In this document: piece after piece, positions 10,805-23,942 of the stretch
Position numbering within the stretch: position 1 is the stretch's first letter
Layout of the letters: each line of letters opens with the position of its first letter
NCBI RefSeq assembly: GCF_055900595.2
Contig: NZ_CM148325.1
DNA length: 64,000 bases
Direction: 5' to 3' (one strand)
Notes under the pieces: model-generated
Seen by the model: only the letters and a program-made list of their open reading frames with translations
The model's database searches: none
Told to the model about the DNA's origin: nothing
Translations under genes and position numbers: made by a program

Positions 10805-11353
10805 TTACCACTCCCAGACTTTCGACGGTGTAACCACCGCAGGAAGTGGGATATCCCACTCTTCAACGGGGAGTTTTTCCACCAACTGACAATCATGCGC
10901 ATAACCCACCGGTTGCATTTGATAGCTCTGCCAGTTTTGTAAGGTCCGATCATAAAAACCACCGCCCATTCCCAGGCGCTGACCGTACTCATCAAAGGCG
11001 ACCAGCGGTGTGATCAACACGTCTAATCGGGAAAGGGGTAGCACGTCACGCACATCCAGTTTTGGCTCATGGATCTTCAACCTGTTCATCACCAGTTCGC
11101 TTTGCGGATGGTAATTCAGGAACAGCAAATTACCGGCACTAAAGGGATGCAAAACTGGAAGATATACGCGCTTACCGGCGCGCCAGAGTTGTTCTATGAG
11201 TGGCTGGGTGTCGAGTTCGCCATCAAAAGAGAGGAATACAGCGACCGTATGTGCCATCACCACCGGGGGATACGTCATCATCCGGGTAGCGGCTTGTTGA
11301 CCCATTTCCTGCTGTTGTTCCGGCGTTAACGCACGACGACGTTGCCGAATCAT
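10805..11353 (-). CDS. fau: 5-formyltetrahydrofolate cyclo-ligase
   Basis: ORF 10805..11407; ATG at 11351-11353 gives 182 aa beginning MIRQRRRALTPEQQQEMGQQ; directly downstream of ssrS. Confidence 0.85.
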   Translation of the reverse strand: MIRQRRRALTPEQQQEMGQQAATRMMTYPPVVMAHTVAVFLSFDGELDTQPLIEQLWRAGKRVYLPVLHPFSAGNLLFLNYHPQSELVMNRLKIHEPKLDVRDVLPLSRLDVLITPLVAFDEYGQRLGMGGGFYDRTLQNWQSYQMQPVGYAHDCQLVEKLPVEEWDIPLPAVVTPSKVWEW

Positions 11354-11425
11354 TTTGCGGATTTCTTGTCGAGATAATGTCAGTGGGATTTCTGGTAGTT
11401 GCGTCATGGCTGGTGCCAGATAAGA

Positions 11426-11611
11426 AGGGAATCTCCGAGATGCCGCCGCAGGCTGTAACCCTTGAACCCTTGGTTCAAGGTGAATGTGTCGTCACAGTTT
11501 TAAGGCTTCTCGGACGGACCGAGCATGCTCACCAACCGCGGAGCGCCACATTCTTGTGGTATGAAATATCGGCTCAGGGGACTGGCCCGCTTGCGAACAT
11601 CTCAGAGAAAT
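11426..11611 (-). ncRNA. ssrS: 6S RNA
   Basis: Reverse complement begins AUUUCUCUGAGAUGUUCGCAAGCGGGCCAGUCCCCUGAGCC and ends ...CAUCUCGGAGAUUCCCU, matching E. coli 6S RNA; 3' end good to about 2 nt. Confidence 0.92.
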
Positions 11612-11652
11612 TTTGTCTTCACGGTTACTCTACCACAGTAAACCGAAAAGTG

Positions 11653-12048
<396 letters not shown>

Positions 12049-12149
12049 CTATAGCTACCCTGATGAGAAGAGACAAGCCCTTTTCTGGTCCACCAGGGCC
12101 CAAAGTGGTAGCATATCATGAATATTCCTCCCTTTGACGACGAATGCTT

Positions 12150-12728
12150 ATGTCTATACAGAACGAAATGCCTGGTTACAACGAAATGAACCAGTATCTG
12201 AACCAACAAGGGACGGGTCTGACCCCTGCTGAGATGCATGGTTTAATCAGTGGGATGATATGTGGTGGTAACGATGACAGCTCATGGCTGCCGCTGCTTC
12301 ACGACCTGACGAACGAAGGCATGGCTTTCGGTCATGAGCTGGCACAGGCATTGCGCAAAATGCACTCTGCTACCAGCGATGCCCTGCAGGATGACGGCTT
12401 CCTTTTTCAGCTTTATCTGCCTGATGGCGATGATGTCAGCGTTTTCGATCGGGCTGATGCGCTGGCAGGTTGGGTTAATCACTTCCTGCTTGGTCTTGGC
12501 GTTACGCAACCGAAGCTGGACAAAGTGACCGGCGAAACCGGTGAAGCCATCGACGATCTGCGTAACATCGCGCAGCTGGGCTACGACGAAGACGAAGATC
12601 AGGAAGAGCTGGAAATGTCGCTTGAAGAGATCATCGAGTACGTCCGTGTTGCCGCGCTGTTATGCCACGACACCTTTACTCATCCGCAACCGACCGCGCC
12701 AGAAGTACAAAAACCGACTCTACACTAA
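12150..12728 (+). CDS. ygfB: UPF0149 family protein YgfB
   Basis: ORF 12144..12728; the 192-aa protein begins [18 protein letters not shown] at the third codon. Confidence 0.85.
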
Positions 12729-12753
12729 AAACAAAAAACGTAAGGAGAGTGTT

Positions 12754-14079
12754 ATGAGTGAGATATCCCGGCAAGAGTTTCAGCGTCGCCGTCAGGCCCT
12801 GGTGGAGCAAATGCAACCCGGCAGCGCCGCGCTGATTTTTGCTGCACCAGAAGTAACACGTAGCGCCGACAGCGAATACCCCTATCGTCAGAACAGTGAC
12901 TTCTGGTACTTCACCGGCTTTAACGAACCGGAAGCGGTGCTGGTGCTGATTAAAAGTGATGACACTCATAACCACAGCGTTCTGTTTAACCGCGTACGCG
13001 ACCTGACGGCAGAGATCTGGTTTGGTCGCCGCTTAGGTCAGGATGCTGCACCGGATAAACTGGGCGTTGATCGCGCACTGGCGTTCAGCGAAATCAATCA
13101 GCAACTTTATCAACTACTTAATGGTCTGGATGTGGTGTACCACGCCCAGGGCGAATATGCATATGCTGATGAAATCGTGAACAGCGCGCTTGAAAAACTG
13201 CGTAAAGGTTCGCGACAGAATCTCACCGCCCCGGCAACGATGATCGACTGGCGTCCCATTGTTCATGAAATGCGCCTGTTCAAATCACCAGAAGAGATTG
13301 CCGTACTTCGCCGCGCGGGGGAAATCACCGCCCTGGCGCATACCCGGGCGATGGAAAAATGCCGTCCGGGAATGTTCGAGTACCATCTGGAAGGCGAAAT
13401 TCACCACGAATTTAACCGCCACGGTGCGCGCTATCCGTCCTATAACACCATTGTCGGCAGCGGTGAAAACGGCTGCATTCTGCACTACACCGAAAACGAG
13501 AGTGAACTGCGCGACGGTGACCTGGTGTTGATTGACGCGGGTTGTGAATACAAAGGTTACGCGGGCGATATTACCCGCACCTTCCCTGTTAACGGTAAAT
13601 TCACTCAGGCTCAGCGTGAAATCTACGACATTGTGCTGGAGTCTCTTGAAACCAGCCTGCGCCTGTATCGTCCGGGAACGTCCATTCAGGAAGTCACCGG
13701 TGAAGTGGTGCGCATCATGGTTAGCGGCCTGGTAAAACTCGGCATCCTGAAAGGTGATGTTGATGAACTGATCGCTCAGAACGCCCATCGTCCTTTCTTT
13801 ATGCATGGCCTTAGCCACTGGTTAGGACTGGATGTCCATGACGTTGGCGTTTATGGCCAGGATCGCTCGCGCATTCTGGAACCGGGCATGGTACTGACCG
13901 TAGAGCCGGGGCTGTATATTGCGCCGGATGCAGAAGTGCCAGAACAATATCGCGGTATCGGCATTCGTATTGAAGACGACATTGTGATTACCGAAACCGG
14001 TAACGAAAACCTCACCGCCAGCGTGGTGAAAAAGCCGGAAGAAATCGAAGCGTTGATGGCATCTGCGAGAAAGCAATGA
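12754..14079 (+). CDS. pepP: Xaa-Pro aminopeptidase (aminopeptidase P II)
   Basis: ATG at 12754 after Shine-Dalgarno taaggagag; 441 aa beginning MSEISRQEFQRRRQALVEQM; the upstream part of ORF 12541..14079 is a spurious extension across ygfB. Confidence 0.92.
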   Translation: MSEISRQEFQRRRQALVEQMQPGSAALIFAAPEVTRSADSEYPYRQNSDFWYFTGFNEPEAVLVLIKSDDTHNHSVLFNRVRDLTAEIWFGRRLGQDAAPDKLGVDRALAFSEINQQLYQLLNGLDVVYHAQGEYAYADEIVNSALEKLRKGSRQNLTAPATMIDWRPIVHEMRLFKSPEEIAVLRRAGEITALAHTRAMEKCRPGMFEYHLEGEIHHEFNRHGARYPSYNTIVGSGENGCILHYTENESELRDGDLVLIDAGCEYKGYAGDITRTFPVNGKFTQAQREIYDIVLESLETSLRLYRPGTSIQEVTGEVVRIMVSGLVKLGILKGDVDELIAQNAHRPFFMHGLSHWLGLDVHDVGVYGQDRSRILEPGMVLTVEPGLYIAPDAEVPEQYRGIGIRIEDDIVITETGNENLTASVVKKPEEIEALMASARKQ

Positions 14080-15254
14080 GCGTAATCATCGTCGGTGGCG
14101 GCATGGCGGGCGCGACGCTGGCGCTGGCTATTTCCCGGTTAAGTCACGGGGCGCTGCCGGTACATTTGATTGAAGCGACCGCGCCAGAGTCTCATGCTCA
14201 TCCGGGCTTTGATGGACGGGCTATTGCGTTGGCGGCGGGCACCTGTCAGCAACTGGCGCGCATCGGCGTCTGGCAATCTCTGGCAGATTGCGCAACCGCC
14301 ATCACTACCGTTCATGTCAGCGATCGTGGTCATGCCGGATTCGTCACCCTCGCCGCAGAAGATTACCAACTGGCGGCGCTGGGGCAGGTTGTCGAATTGC
14401 ATAATGTCGGGCAACGGCTGTTTGCATTGCTGCGCAAAGCACCTGGCGTAACGCTGCATTGCCCTGATCGCGTGGCTAACGTTGCCCGTGCTCAGAGTCA
14501 CGTTGAAGTGACGCTGGAGAGTGGCGAGACGCTGACGGGCTGCGTGCTGGTAGCCGCTGATGGCACCCATTCCGCGTTAGCCACCGCGTGCGGCGTTGAC
14601 TGGCAGCAGGAGCCTTACGAACAACTGGCTGTGATTGCTAACGTTGCGACTTCCGTTGCGCACGAAGGGCGCGCTTTTGAACGCTTTACGCAACATGGCC
14701 CGCTGGCGATGTTGCCGATGTCTGACGGACGCTGTTCGCTGGTCTGGTGTCATCCACTGGAACGGCGCGAAGAGGTGCTGTCGTGGAGCGACGAGACGTT
14801 TTGCCGTGAACTCCAGTCGGCCTTTGGTTGGCGACTTGGGAAAATTACCCACGCTGGTAAACGCAGTGCTTACCCGCTGGCGTTAACCCGCGCCGCCAGA
14901 CCTATTACCCATCGTACCGTGCTGGTGGGCAATGCGGCGCAAACTCTGCACCCGATTGCCGGGCAAGGGTTCAACCTCGGTATGCGGGATGTCATGAGCC
15001 TTGCGGAAACGCTGACTCAGGCTCAGGCACGTGAAGATGACATCGGTGATTACGGCGTATTGTGCCGTTATCAGCAGCGTCGGCAGAGCGATCGCGAAGC
15101 AACCATCGGTGTCACGGACAGCCTTGTACATCTTTTTGCCAACCGTTGGACGCCGCTGGTTGTCGGGCGCAACATCGGGCTGATGGCAATGGAATTATTC
15201 ACTCCGGCACGCGATGTGCTGGCGCAGCGCACCCTCGGTTGGGTGGCGCGTTAA
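14076..15254 (+). CDS. ubiH: 2-octaprenyl-6-methoxyphenol hydroxylase (flavin monooxygenase)
   Basis: 392-aa ORF with FAD-binding motif MSVIIVGGGMAGATLA; start overlaps the pepP stop. Confidence 0.92.
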   Translation: MSVIIVGGGMAGATLALAISRLSHGALPVHLIEATAPESHAHPGFDGRAIALAAGTCQQLARIGVWQSLADCATAITTVHVSDRGHAGFVTLAAEDYQLAALGQVVELHNVGQRLFALLRKAPGVTLHCPDRVANVARAQSHVEVTLESGETLTGCVLVAADGTHSALATACGVDWQQEPYEQLAVIANVATSVAHEGRAFERFTQHGPLAMLPMSDGRCSLVWCHPLERREEVLSWSDETFCRELQSAFGWRLGKITHAGKRSAYPLALTRAARPITHRTVLVGNAAQTLHPIAGQGFNLGMRDVMSLAETLTQAQAREDDIGDYGVLCRYQQRRQSDREATIGVTDSLVHLFANRWTPLVVGRNIGLMAMELFTPARDVLAQRTLGWVAR

Positions 15255-15276
15255 AGGCGGCTTTAAGGAATAAACA

Positions 15277-16479
15277 ATGCAAAGTGTTGATGTAGCCATT
15301 GTTGGCGGCGGCATGGTGGGGCTGGCGGTTGCCTGCGGCTTGCAGGGCAGCGGCTTACGCGTTGCCGTACTGGAGCAGCGCGTACCGGAACCCCTGGCGG
15401 CGGATGCACCACCACAACTGCGCGTTTCGGCTATCAATGCCGCCAGCGAAAAATTACTCACCCGTCTTGGCGTCTGGCAGGACATTCTCTCTCGTAGGGC
15501 CAGTTGTTATCACGGTATGGAAGTGTGGGACAAAGACAGTTTTGGTCACATTTCGTTTGACGATCAAAGCATGGGCTATAGCCATCTTGGGCATATCGTT
15601 GAAAACTCAGTGATTCACTACGCGCTGTGGAACAAAGCGCAGCAGTCGTCAGATATCACTCTGTTGGCCCCCGCAGAATTACAGCAGGTCGCCTGGGGAG
15701 AAAATGAAACCTTCCTGACGCTGAAAGATGGCAGCATGTTAACGGCGCGTCTGGTAATTGGCGCAGACGGCGCTAATTCCTGGTTGCGCAACAAAGCCGA
15801 TATTCCGCTGACTTTCTGGGATTATCTGCATCACGCGCTGGTGGCGACCATTCGCACGGAAGAACCGCATGATGCGGTGGCGCGACAGGTTTTCCATGGC
15901 GAAGGCATTCTGGCCTTTTTGCCGCTTAGCGATCCGCATCTTTGCTCAATTGTCTGGTCACTGTCGCCAGAGGAAGCACAGCGGATGCAGCAGGCAGGCG
16001 AAGACGAATTTAACCGCGAGTTAAATATCGCTTTTGATAATCGCCTGGGCTTATGCAAGGTTGAGAGTGAACGCCTGGTGTTCCCGCTGACTGGGCGTTA
16101 TGCGCGCCAGTTTGCCGCGCACCGTCTGGCGCTGGTGGGCGACGCCGCGCATACCATTCACCCGTTGGCGGGGCAGGGGGTGAATCTCGGCTTTATGGAT
16201 GCTGCAGAGCTGATTGCTGAACTGAAACGGTTGCATCGTCAGGGTAAAGACATCGGGCAGTACATTTACCTGCGTCGCTATGAGCGTAGCCGCAAGCACA
16301 GTGCGGCGCTGATGCTGGCAGGTATGCAGGGATTCCGCGATCTGTTTTCCGGGGCTCATCCGGCGAAAAAACTGCTGCGTGATATTGGCCTGAAACTGGC
16401 CGACACGCTTCCTGGCGTTAAACCACAACTTATCCGCCAGGCAATGGGATTAAACGATTTGCCTGAATGGCTGCGTTAA
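15277..16479 (+). CDS. ubiI: 2-octaprenylphenol hydroxylase (VisC)
   Basis: 400-aa ORF MQSVDVAIVGGGMVGLAVA, paralogous to UbiH. Confidence 0.92.
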   Translation: MQSVDVAIVGGGMVGLAVACGLQGSGLRVAVLEQRVPEPLAADAPPQLRVSAINAASEKLLTRLGVWQDILSRRASCYHGMEVWDKDSFGHISFDDQSMGYSHLGHIVENSVIHYALWNKAQQSSDITLLAPAELQQVAWGENETFLTLKDGSMLTARLVIGADGANSWLRNKADIPLTFWDYLHHALVATIRTEEPHDAVARQVFHGEGILAFLPLSDPHLCSIVWSLSPEEAQRMQQAGEDEFNRELNIAFDNRLGLCKVESERLVFPLTGRYARQFAAHRLALVGDAAHTIHPLAGQGVNLGFMDAAELIAELKRLHRQGKDIGQYIYLRRYERSRKHSAALMLAGMQGFRDLFSGAHPAKKLLRDIGLKLADTLPGVKPQLIRQAMGLNDLPEWLR

Positions 16480-16926
16480 AAATTTCTCCTCTGTTGTTTA
16501 TTTGATACCCATCACACTTTCATCTCCCGGTTTTTTCGCCGGGAGATTTTCCTCATTTGAAATAAACTAATTTCACCTCCGTTTTCGCATTATATTTTCT
16601 AATGTCACGAATTTTTGATTTAGTGTTTTTTGACATTTTTTCAGTTCTTAATATTGCCTTATTCAAATTAAGTTTCTCATCACATCATCTTTGTATAGAA
16701 AATGGAATGTTTTTTGGTTTTTTATTCTGTTGTTATTCTGGCGTTTTTTAACCATAAGCTAATGTGATGATCAATTTTACCTTATGGTTAACAGTCTGTT
16801 TCGGTGGTAAGTTCAGGGAAAAGAGAACGATTGCGTTGGGGACCGGGAGTGGCTCCGATGCTGGGTTTCGTGGTGATAATTTCGCCATGGAAAAGTTGTC
16901 AGCCCCGCTTATTCAATGAGGACAAG
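16480..16926 (+). promoter_or_regulatory. gcvTHP control region (AT-rich, no ORF)
   Basis: 447-bp AT-rich spacer upstream of gcvT containing a TTGACA hexamer near 16631; by established knowledge this region carries GcvA/Lrp/PurR/CRP sites in E. coli; individual sites were not mapped here. Confidence 0.4.
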
Positions 16927-18021
16927 ATGGCACAACAGACTCCTTTGTACGAACAACACACGCTTTGCGGCGCTCGCATGGTGGATTTCCACGGCTGGAT
17001 GATGCCGCTGCATTACGGTTCGCAAATCGACGAACATCATGCGGTACGTACCGATGCCGGAATGTTTGATGTGTCACATATGACCATCGTCGATCTTCGC
17101 GGCAGTCGCACCCGGGAGTTTCTGCGTTATCTGCTGGCGAACGATGTGGCGAAGCTCACCAAAAGCGGCAAAGCCCTTTACTCGGGGATGTTGAATGCCT
17201 CTGGCGGTGTGATAGATGATCTCATCGTTTACTACTTTACTGAAGATTTCTTCCGCCTCGTTGTTAACTCCGCCACCCGCGAAAAAGACCTCTCCTGGAT
17301 TACCCAACACGCTGAACCCTTCGGTATCGAAATTACCGTTCGTGATGACCTTTCCATGATTGCCGTACAAGGGCCGAATGCGCAGGCAAAAGCTGCCACA
17401 CTGTTTAATGATGCTCAGCGTCAGGCGGTGGAAGGGATGAAACCCTTCTTTGGCGTGCAGGCGGGCGCTCTGTTTATTGCCACCACCGGTTATACCGGTG
17501 AAGTGGGCTACGAAATTGCGCTGCCCAATGAAAAAGCGGCGGATTTCTGGCGTGCGCTGGTGGAAGCGGGCGTTAAGCCCTGCGGTCTGGGCGCGCGTGA
17601 CACGCTGCGTCTGGAAGCGGGTATGAATCTTTATGGTCAGGAGATGGACGAAACCATTTCTCCTTTAGCAGCCAACATGGGCTGGACCATCGCGTGGGAA
17701 CCGGCTGATCGTGACTTTATCGGTCGTGAAGCTCTGGAAGCGCAGCGTGAACATGGCACAGAAAAACTGGTTGGTCTGGTGATGACCGAAAAAGGCGTGC
17801 TGCGTAATGAACTGCCGGTACGTTTTACCGATGCGCAGGGCAATCAGCATGAAGGCATTATCACCAGCGGTACTTTCTCCCCGACGTTGGGTTACAGCAT
17901 TGCGCTGGCACGCGTGCCGGAAGGTATTGGCGAAACGGCGATTGTGCAAATTCGCAACCGTGAAATGCCGGTAAAAGTGACGAAACCTGTTTTTGTGCGT
18001 AACGGCAAAGCCGTCGCGTGA
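16927..18021 (+). CDS. gcvT: glycine cleavage system T protein (aminomethyltransferase)
   Basis: ATG at 16927 within ORF 16804..18021; 364 aa beginning [24 protein letters not shown]. Confidence 0.9.
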
Positions 18022-18044
18022 TTTACTTTTTTGGAGATTAATTG

Positions 18045-18434
18045 ATGAGCAACGTACCAGCAGAACTGAAATACAGCAAAGAACACGAATGGCTGCGTAA
18101 AGAAGCCGACGGCACTTACACTGTTGGCATCACTGAGCACGCTCAGGAGCTGTTAGGCGATATGGTGTTTGTTGACCTGCCGGAAGTGGGCGCAACGGTA
18201 AGCGCGGGCGATGACTGCGCGGTTGCCGAATCGGTAAAAGCGGCGTCAGACATTTATGCGCCAGTAAGCGGTGAAATCGTGGCGGTAAACGACGCACTGA
18301 GCGATTCTCCGGAACTGGTGAACAGCGAACCGTATGCAGGCGGCTGGATCTTCAAAATCAAAGCCAGCGATGAAAGCGAACTGGAATCACTGCTGGATGC
18401 GACCGCATACGAAGCATTGTTAGAAGACGAGTAA
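18045..18434 (+). CDS. gcvH: glycine cleavage system H protein (lipoyl carrier)
   Basis: 129 aa beginning [16 protein letters not shown]. Confidence 0.9.
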
Positions 18435-18552
18435 CGGCTTTATTCCTCTTCTGCGGAAGAGGATTAGGGTGAGGAACATTTACGCCTCACCCTCACTCTC
18501 TTCGCAAGGAGAGAGGTTCACAATTCACTGCACGTTTCAGGAACCATCGCTC

Positions 18553-21426
18553 ATGACACAGACGTTAAGCCAGCTTGAAAACAGCGGCGCTTTTATTGAA
18601 CGCCATATCGGACCGGACGCCGCGCAACAGCAAGAAATGCTGAATGCCGTTGGCGCACAATCGTTAAACGCGCTGACCGGCCAGATTGTGCCGAAAGATA
18701 TTCAGCTTGCGATACCACCGCAGGTTGGCGCACCGGCGACCGAATACGCCGCGCTGGCGGAACTCAAGGCTATTGCCAGTCGCAATAAACGCTTCACGTC
18801 TTACATCGGCATGGGTTACACCGCCGTGCAGCTACCGCCGGTTATCCTGCGTAACATGCTGGAAAATCCGGGCTGGTATACCGCGTATACTCCGTATCAA
18901 CCTGAAGTCTCCCAGGGCCGCCTTGAAGCACTGCTCAACTTCCAGCAGGTAACGCTGGATTTGACCGGGCTGGATATGGCTTCGGCTTCTCTTCTTGACG
19001 AAGCCACTGCTGCTGCCGAAGCAATGGCGATGGCAAAACGCGTCAGTAAACTGAAAAATGCCAACCGCTTCTTCGTTGCTTCTGACGTGCATCCGCAAAC
19101 TTTAGATGTAGTACGTACACGCGCAGAAACCTTTGGTTTTGAAGTGATTGTCGATGATGCACAAAAAGTGCTCGATCACCAGGACGTCTTCGGCGTGCTG
19201 TTACAGCAGGTCGGCACTACCGGTGAAATTCACGACTACACTGCGCTTATCAGCGAACTGAAATCACGCAAAATTGTAGTCAGCGTCGCCGCCGATATTA
19301 TGGCGCTGGTGCTGTTAACTGCACCGGGTAAACAGGGCGCGGATATTGTCTTTGGTTCGGCGCAACGCTTTGGCGTACCGATGGGCTACGGTGGCCCACA
19401 TGCGGCATTCTTTGCAGCGAAAGATGAATACAAACGCTCAATGCCGGGCCGTATTATTGGCGTATCGAAAGATGCCGCGGGCAATACTGCGCTGCGCATG
19501 GCGATGCAGACTCGCGAGCAACATATTCGCCGTGAGAAAGCGAACTCCAACATTTGTACTTCCCAGGTACTGCTGGCTAACATCGCCAGCCTGTATGCCG
19601 TTTATCACGGTCCGGTTGGCCTGAAACGTATCGCTAACCGCATCCACCGTCTGACCGATATCCTGGCTGCAGGTCTGCAACAAAAAGGTCAGAAGCTGCG
19701 CCATGCGCACTATTTCGATACTTTGTGTGTGGAAGTGGCCGACAAAGCGGGCGTGCTGGCGCGTGCCGAAGCGGCTGAAATCAACCTGCGTAGCGATATT
19801 CTGAATGCGGTGGGGATCACCCTTGATGAAACCACCACGCGCGAAAACGTGATGCAGCTTTTCAGCGTACTGCTGGGCGATAATCACGGACTGGACATCG
19901 ACACGCTGGACAAAGACGTGGCTCACGACAGCCGTTCTATTCAGCCTGCAATGCTGCGCGATGACGAAATTCTCACCCATCCGGTGTTTAATCGCTACCA
20001 CAGCGAAACCGAAATGATGCGCTATATGCACTCGCTGGAGCGTAAAGATCTGGCGCTGAATCAGGCGATGATCCCGCTGGGTTCCTGCACCATGAAACTG
20101 AACGCCGCCGCCGAGATGATCCCAATCACCTGGCCGGAATTTGCCGAACTGCACCCGTTCTGCCCGCCGGAACAGGCCGAAGGTTATCAGCAGATGATCG
20201 CCCAACTGGCTGACTGGCTGGTGAAACTGACCGGTTACGACGCCGTCTGTATGCAGCCGAACTCTGGCGCTCAGGGCGAATACGCGGGGCTGCTGGCGAT
20301 TCGTCATTATCATGAAAGCCGCAACGAAGGGCATCGCGATATCTGCCTGATCCCGGCTTCTGCGCATGGCACTAACCCGGCTTCCGCGCATATGGCAGGA
20401 ATGCAGGTGGTGGTTGTGGCGTGTGATAAAAACGGCAACATCGATCTGACTGACCTGCGCGCGAAAGCGGAGCAGGCGGGCGATAATCTCTCCTGCATTA
20501 TGGTGACCTATCCTTCCACCCACGGCGTGTACGAAGAAACGATCCGTGAAGTGTGTGAAATCGTGCATAAGTTCGGCGGTCAGGTTTACCTTGATGGCGC
20601 GAACATGAACGCCCAGGTTGGCATCACTTCGCCGGGCTTTATTGGCGCGGACGTTTCGCACCTTAACCTGCATAAAACTTTCTGCATTCCGCACGGCGGT
20701 GGTGGTCCGGGTATGGGACCGATCGGCGTGAAAGCGCATTTGGCACCGTTTGTTCCGGGTCATAGCGTGGTGCAAATCGAAGGCATGTTAACCCGTCAGG
20801 GCGCGGTTTCTGCGGCACCGTTCGGTAGCGCTTCTATTCTGCCAATTAGCTGGATGTACATCCGCATGATGGGCGCAGAAGGGCTGAAAAAAGCAAGCCA
20901 GGTGGCAATCCTCAACGCCAACTATATTGCCAGCCGCCTGCAGGATGCTTTCCCGGTGCTGTATACCGGTCGCGACGGTCGCGTGGCGCATGAATGTATT
21001 CTTGATATTCGTCCGTTGAAAGAAGAAACCGGCATCAGCGAGCTGGATATTGCCAAGCGCCTGATCGACTATGGTTTCCACGCGCCGACTATGTCGTTCC
21101 CGGTGGCGGGGACGCTGATGGTTGAACCGACTGAATCTGAAAGCAAAGTGGAACTGGATCGCTTTATTGATGCGATGCTGTCTATCCGCGCAGAAATCGA
21201 CCAGGTGAAAGCCGGTGTTTGGCCGCTGGAAGATAACCCGCTGGTGAACGCGCCGCACATTCAGAGCGAACTGGTCGCCGAGTGGGCGCATCCGTACAGC
21301 CGTGAAGTTGCAGTATTCCCGGCAGGCGTGGCAGACAAATACTGGCCAACAGTGAAACGTCTGGATGATGTTTACGGCGACCGTAACCTGTTCTGCTCCT
21401 GCGTACCGATTAGCGAATACCAGTAA
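18553..21426 (+). CDS. gcvP: glycine dehydrogenase (decarboxylating), P protein
   Basis: ATG at 18553 preceded by aggaa; 957 aa beginning [21 protein letters not shown]; the 5' part of ORF 18469..21426 is a GTG-initiated extension through the structured spacer. Confidence 0.92.
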   Translation: MTQTLSQLENSGAFIERHIGPDAAQQQEMLNAVGAQSLNALTGQIVPKDIQLAIPPQVGAPATEYAALAELKAIASRNKRFTSYIGMGYTAVQLPPVILRNMLENPGWYTAYTPYQPEVSQGRLEALLNFQQVTLDLTGLDMASASLLDEATAAAEAMAMAKRVSKLKNANRFFVASDVHPQTLDVVRTRAETFGFEVIVDDAQKVLDHQDVFGVLLQQVGTTGEIHDYTALISELKSRKIVVSVAADIMALVLLTAPGKQGADIVFGSAQRFGVPMGYGGPHAAFFAAKDEYKRSMPGRIIGVSKDAAGNTALRMAMQTREQHIRREKANSNICTSQVLLANIASLYAVYHGPVGLKRIANRIHRLTDILAAGLQQKGQKLRHAHYFDTLCVEVADKAGVLARAEAAEINLRSDILNAVGITLDETTTRENVMQLFSVLLGDNHGLDIDTLDKDVAHDSRSIQPAMLRDDEILTHPVFNRYHSETEMMRYMHSLERKDLALNQAMIPLGSCTMKLNAAAEMIPITWPEFAELHPFCPPEQAEGYQQMIAQLADWLVKLTGYDAVCMQPNSGAQGEYAGLLAIRHYHESRNEGHRDICLIPASAHGTNPASAHMAGMQVVVVACDKNGNIDLTDLRAKAEQAGDNLSCIMVTYPSTHGVYEETIREVCEIVHKFGGQVYLDGANMNAQVGITSPGFIGADVSHLNLHKTFCIPHGGGGPGMGPIGVKAHLAPFVPGHSVVQIEGMLTRQGAVSAAPFGSASILPISWMYIRMMGAEGLKKASQVAILNANYIASRLQDAFPVLYTGRDGRVAHECILDIRPLKEETGISELDIAKRLIDYGFHAPTMSFPVAGTLMVEPTESESKVELDRFIDAMLSIRAEIDQVKAGVWPLEDNPLVNAPHIQSELVAEWAHPYSREVAVFPAGVADKYWPTVKRLDDVYGDRNLFCSCVPISEYQ

Positions 21427-21492
21427 TTTACTGATTCGACTATCTTCTAAAGGCGCTTCGGCGCCTTTGACACTGATGTCAAACTCAACATT

Positions 21493-21591
21493 GCCTGATG
21501 CACCTCGTTTATCAGGCCTACATAGTCTGTGCAATGTATTGAATTTGCACGATCTTGTAGGCTGGATAAGGCGTTCACGCCGCATCCGGCA
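21493..21591. repeat. BIME: two inverted REP units
   Basis: gcctgatgcacctcgtttatcaggcctaca and tgtaggctggataaggcgttcacgccgcatccggca match the REP consensus in opposite orientations. Confidence 0.65.
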
Positions 21592-21621
21592 TAATAAAAG
21601 CACTTTGTCATCAATAATTTG

Positions 21622-21649
21622 AAAGGCGCTTCGGCGCCTTTATTTTTTT
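21622..21649 (+). terminator. rho-independent terminator immediately upstream of the ygfF ribosome-binding site
   Basis: aaaggcgcttcggcgccttt stem followed by attttttt; the same 20-nt palindrome occurs at 21449-21468 without a T-run. Confidence 0.5.
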
Positions 21650-21659
21650 AGGAAAACAA

Positions 21660-22403
21660 ATGACTATAGCACTTGTGACCGGTGGCAGTCGCGGCATCGG
21701 GCGGGCAACTGCATTACTGTTGGCGCAAGAAGGGTATACGGTGGCGGTTAATTATCAGCAAAACCTCCACGCGGCGCAGGAAGTGGTGAAGTTAATCACG
21801 CAAGCCGGTGGCAAGGCATTCGTGCTTCAGGCGGATATCAGCGACGAAAATCAGGTCATCGCAATGTTTACAGCAATCGATCAGCACGATGAACCGCTAG
21901 CCGCGCTGGTCAATAACGCCGGGATCTTGTTTACCCAGTGCACCGTAGAAAACCTTACCGCAGAGCGAATCAACCGGGTACTTTCCACCAATGTGACGGG
22001 ATATTTTCTCTGTTGCCGCGAGGCGGTAAAACGCATGGCGCTTAAAAATGGCGGTAATGGCGGTGCTATCGTCAACGTCTCGTCAGTGGCCTCACGGCTG
22101 GGATCGCCGGGAGAATACGTTGACTATGCGGCATCGAAAGGGGCGATTGATACGTTAACCACCGGACTATCGCTGGAAGTCGCCGCGCAGGGGATCCGCG
22201 TTAACGGCGTGCGGCCAGGGTTTATTTATACCGAAATGCACGCCAGCGGTGGCGAGCCTGGACGCGTTGATCGCGTTAAGTCGAACATCCCCATGCAGCG
22301 TGGCGGACAGGCGGAAGAGGTCGCGCAGGCCATCGTCTGGCTGTTAAGTGATAAAGCCTCTTATGTTACGGGAAGTTTTATCGATTTGGCGGGCGGGAAA
22401 TAA
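21660..22403 (+). CDS. ygfF: short-chain dehydrogenase/reductase (NADP-dependent)
   Basis: 247-aa ORF with the SDR motifs TGGSRGIG and YxxxK. Confidence 0.85.
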   Translation: MTIALVTGGSRGIGRATALLLAQEGYTVAVNYQQNLHAAQEVVKLITQAGGKAFVLQADISDENQVIAMFTAIDQHDEPLAALVNNAGILFTQCTVENLTAERINRVLSTNVTGYFLCCREAVKRMALKNGGNGGAIVNVSSVASRLGSPGEYVDYAASKGAIDTLTTGLSLEVAAQGIRVNGVRPGFIYTEMHASGGEPGRVDRVKSNIPMQRGGQAEEVAQAIVWLLSDKASYVTGSFIDLAGGK

Positions 22404-22420
22404 AACAGGACAGTTGTCTG

Positions 22421-22453
22421 ACCGGATGCAACGCAACAAGTATTGCATCCGGT
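22421..22453. terminator. bidirectional hairpin between convergent ygfF and bglA
   Basis: accggatgcaa ... ttgcatccggt inverted repeat. Confidence 0.45.
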
Positions 22454-22464
22454 ACTTCATCGAC

Positions 22465-23925
<1,461 letters not shown>

Positions 23926-23942
23926 TTACAGGAAATAGTACC

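Noticed and set aside
12541-12753. N-terminal extensions of track ORFs (pepP from 12541, gcvT from 16804, gcvP from 18469, uacT to 36216, guaD to 41807, argP to 7151, and others)
   Set aside because: The extensions run through upstream genes or structured spacers and lack ribosome-binding sites; internal ATGs with Shine-Dalgarno sequences give the lengths expected for the E. coli proteins.
13285-13818. 177-aa minus-strand ORF inside pepP
   Set aside because: Antisense artefact within pepP.
19438-20775. 445-aa minus-strand ORF inside gcvP (also 20788..21603)
   Set aside because: Antisense to gcvP; the translation is Arg/His-rich and low-complexity, typical of GC-rich antisense frames.
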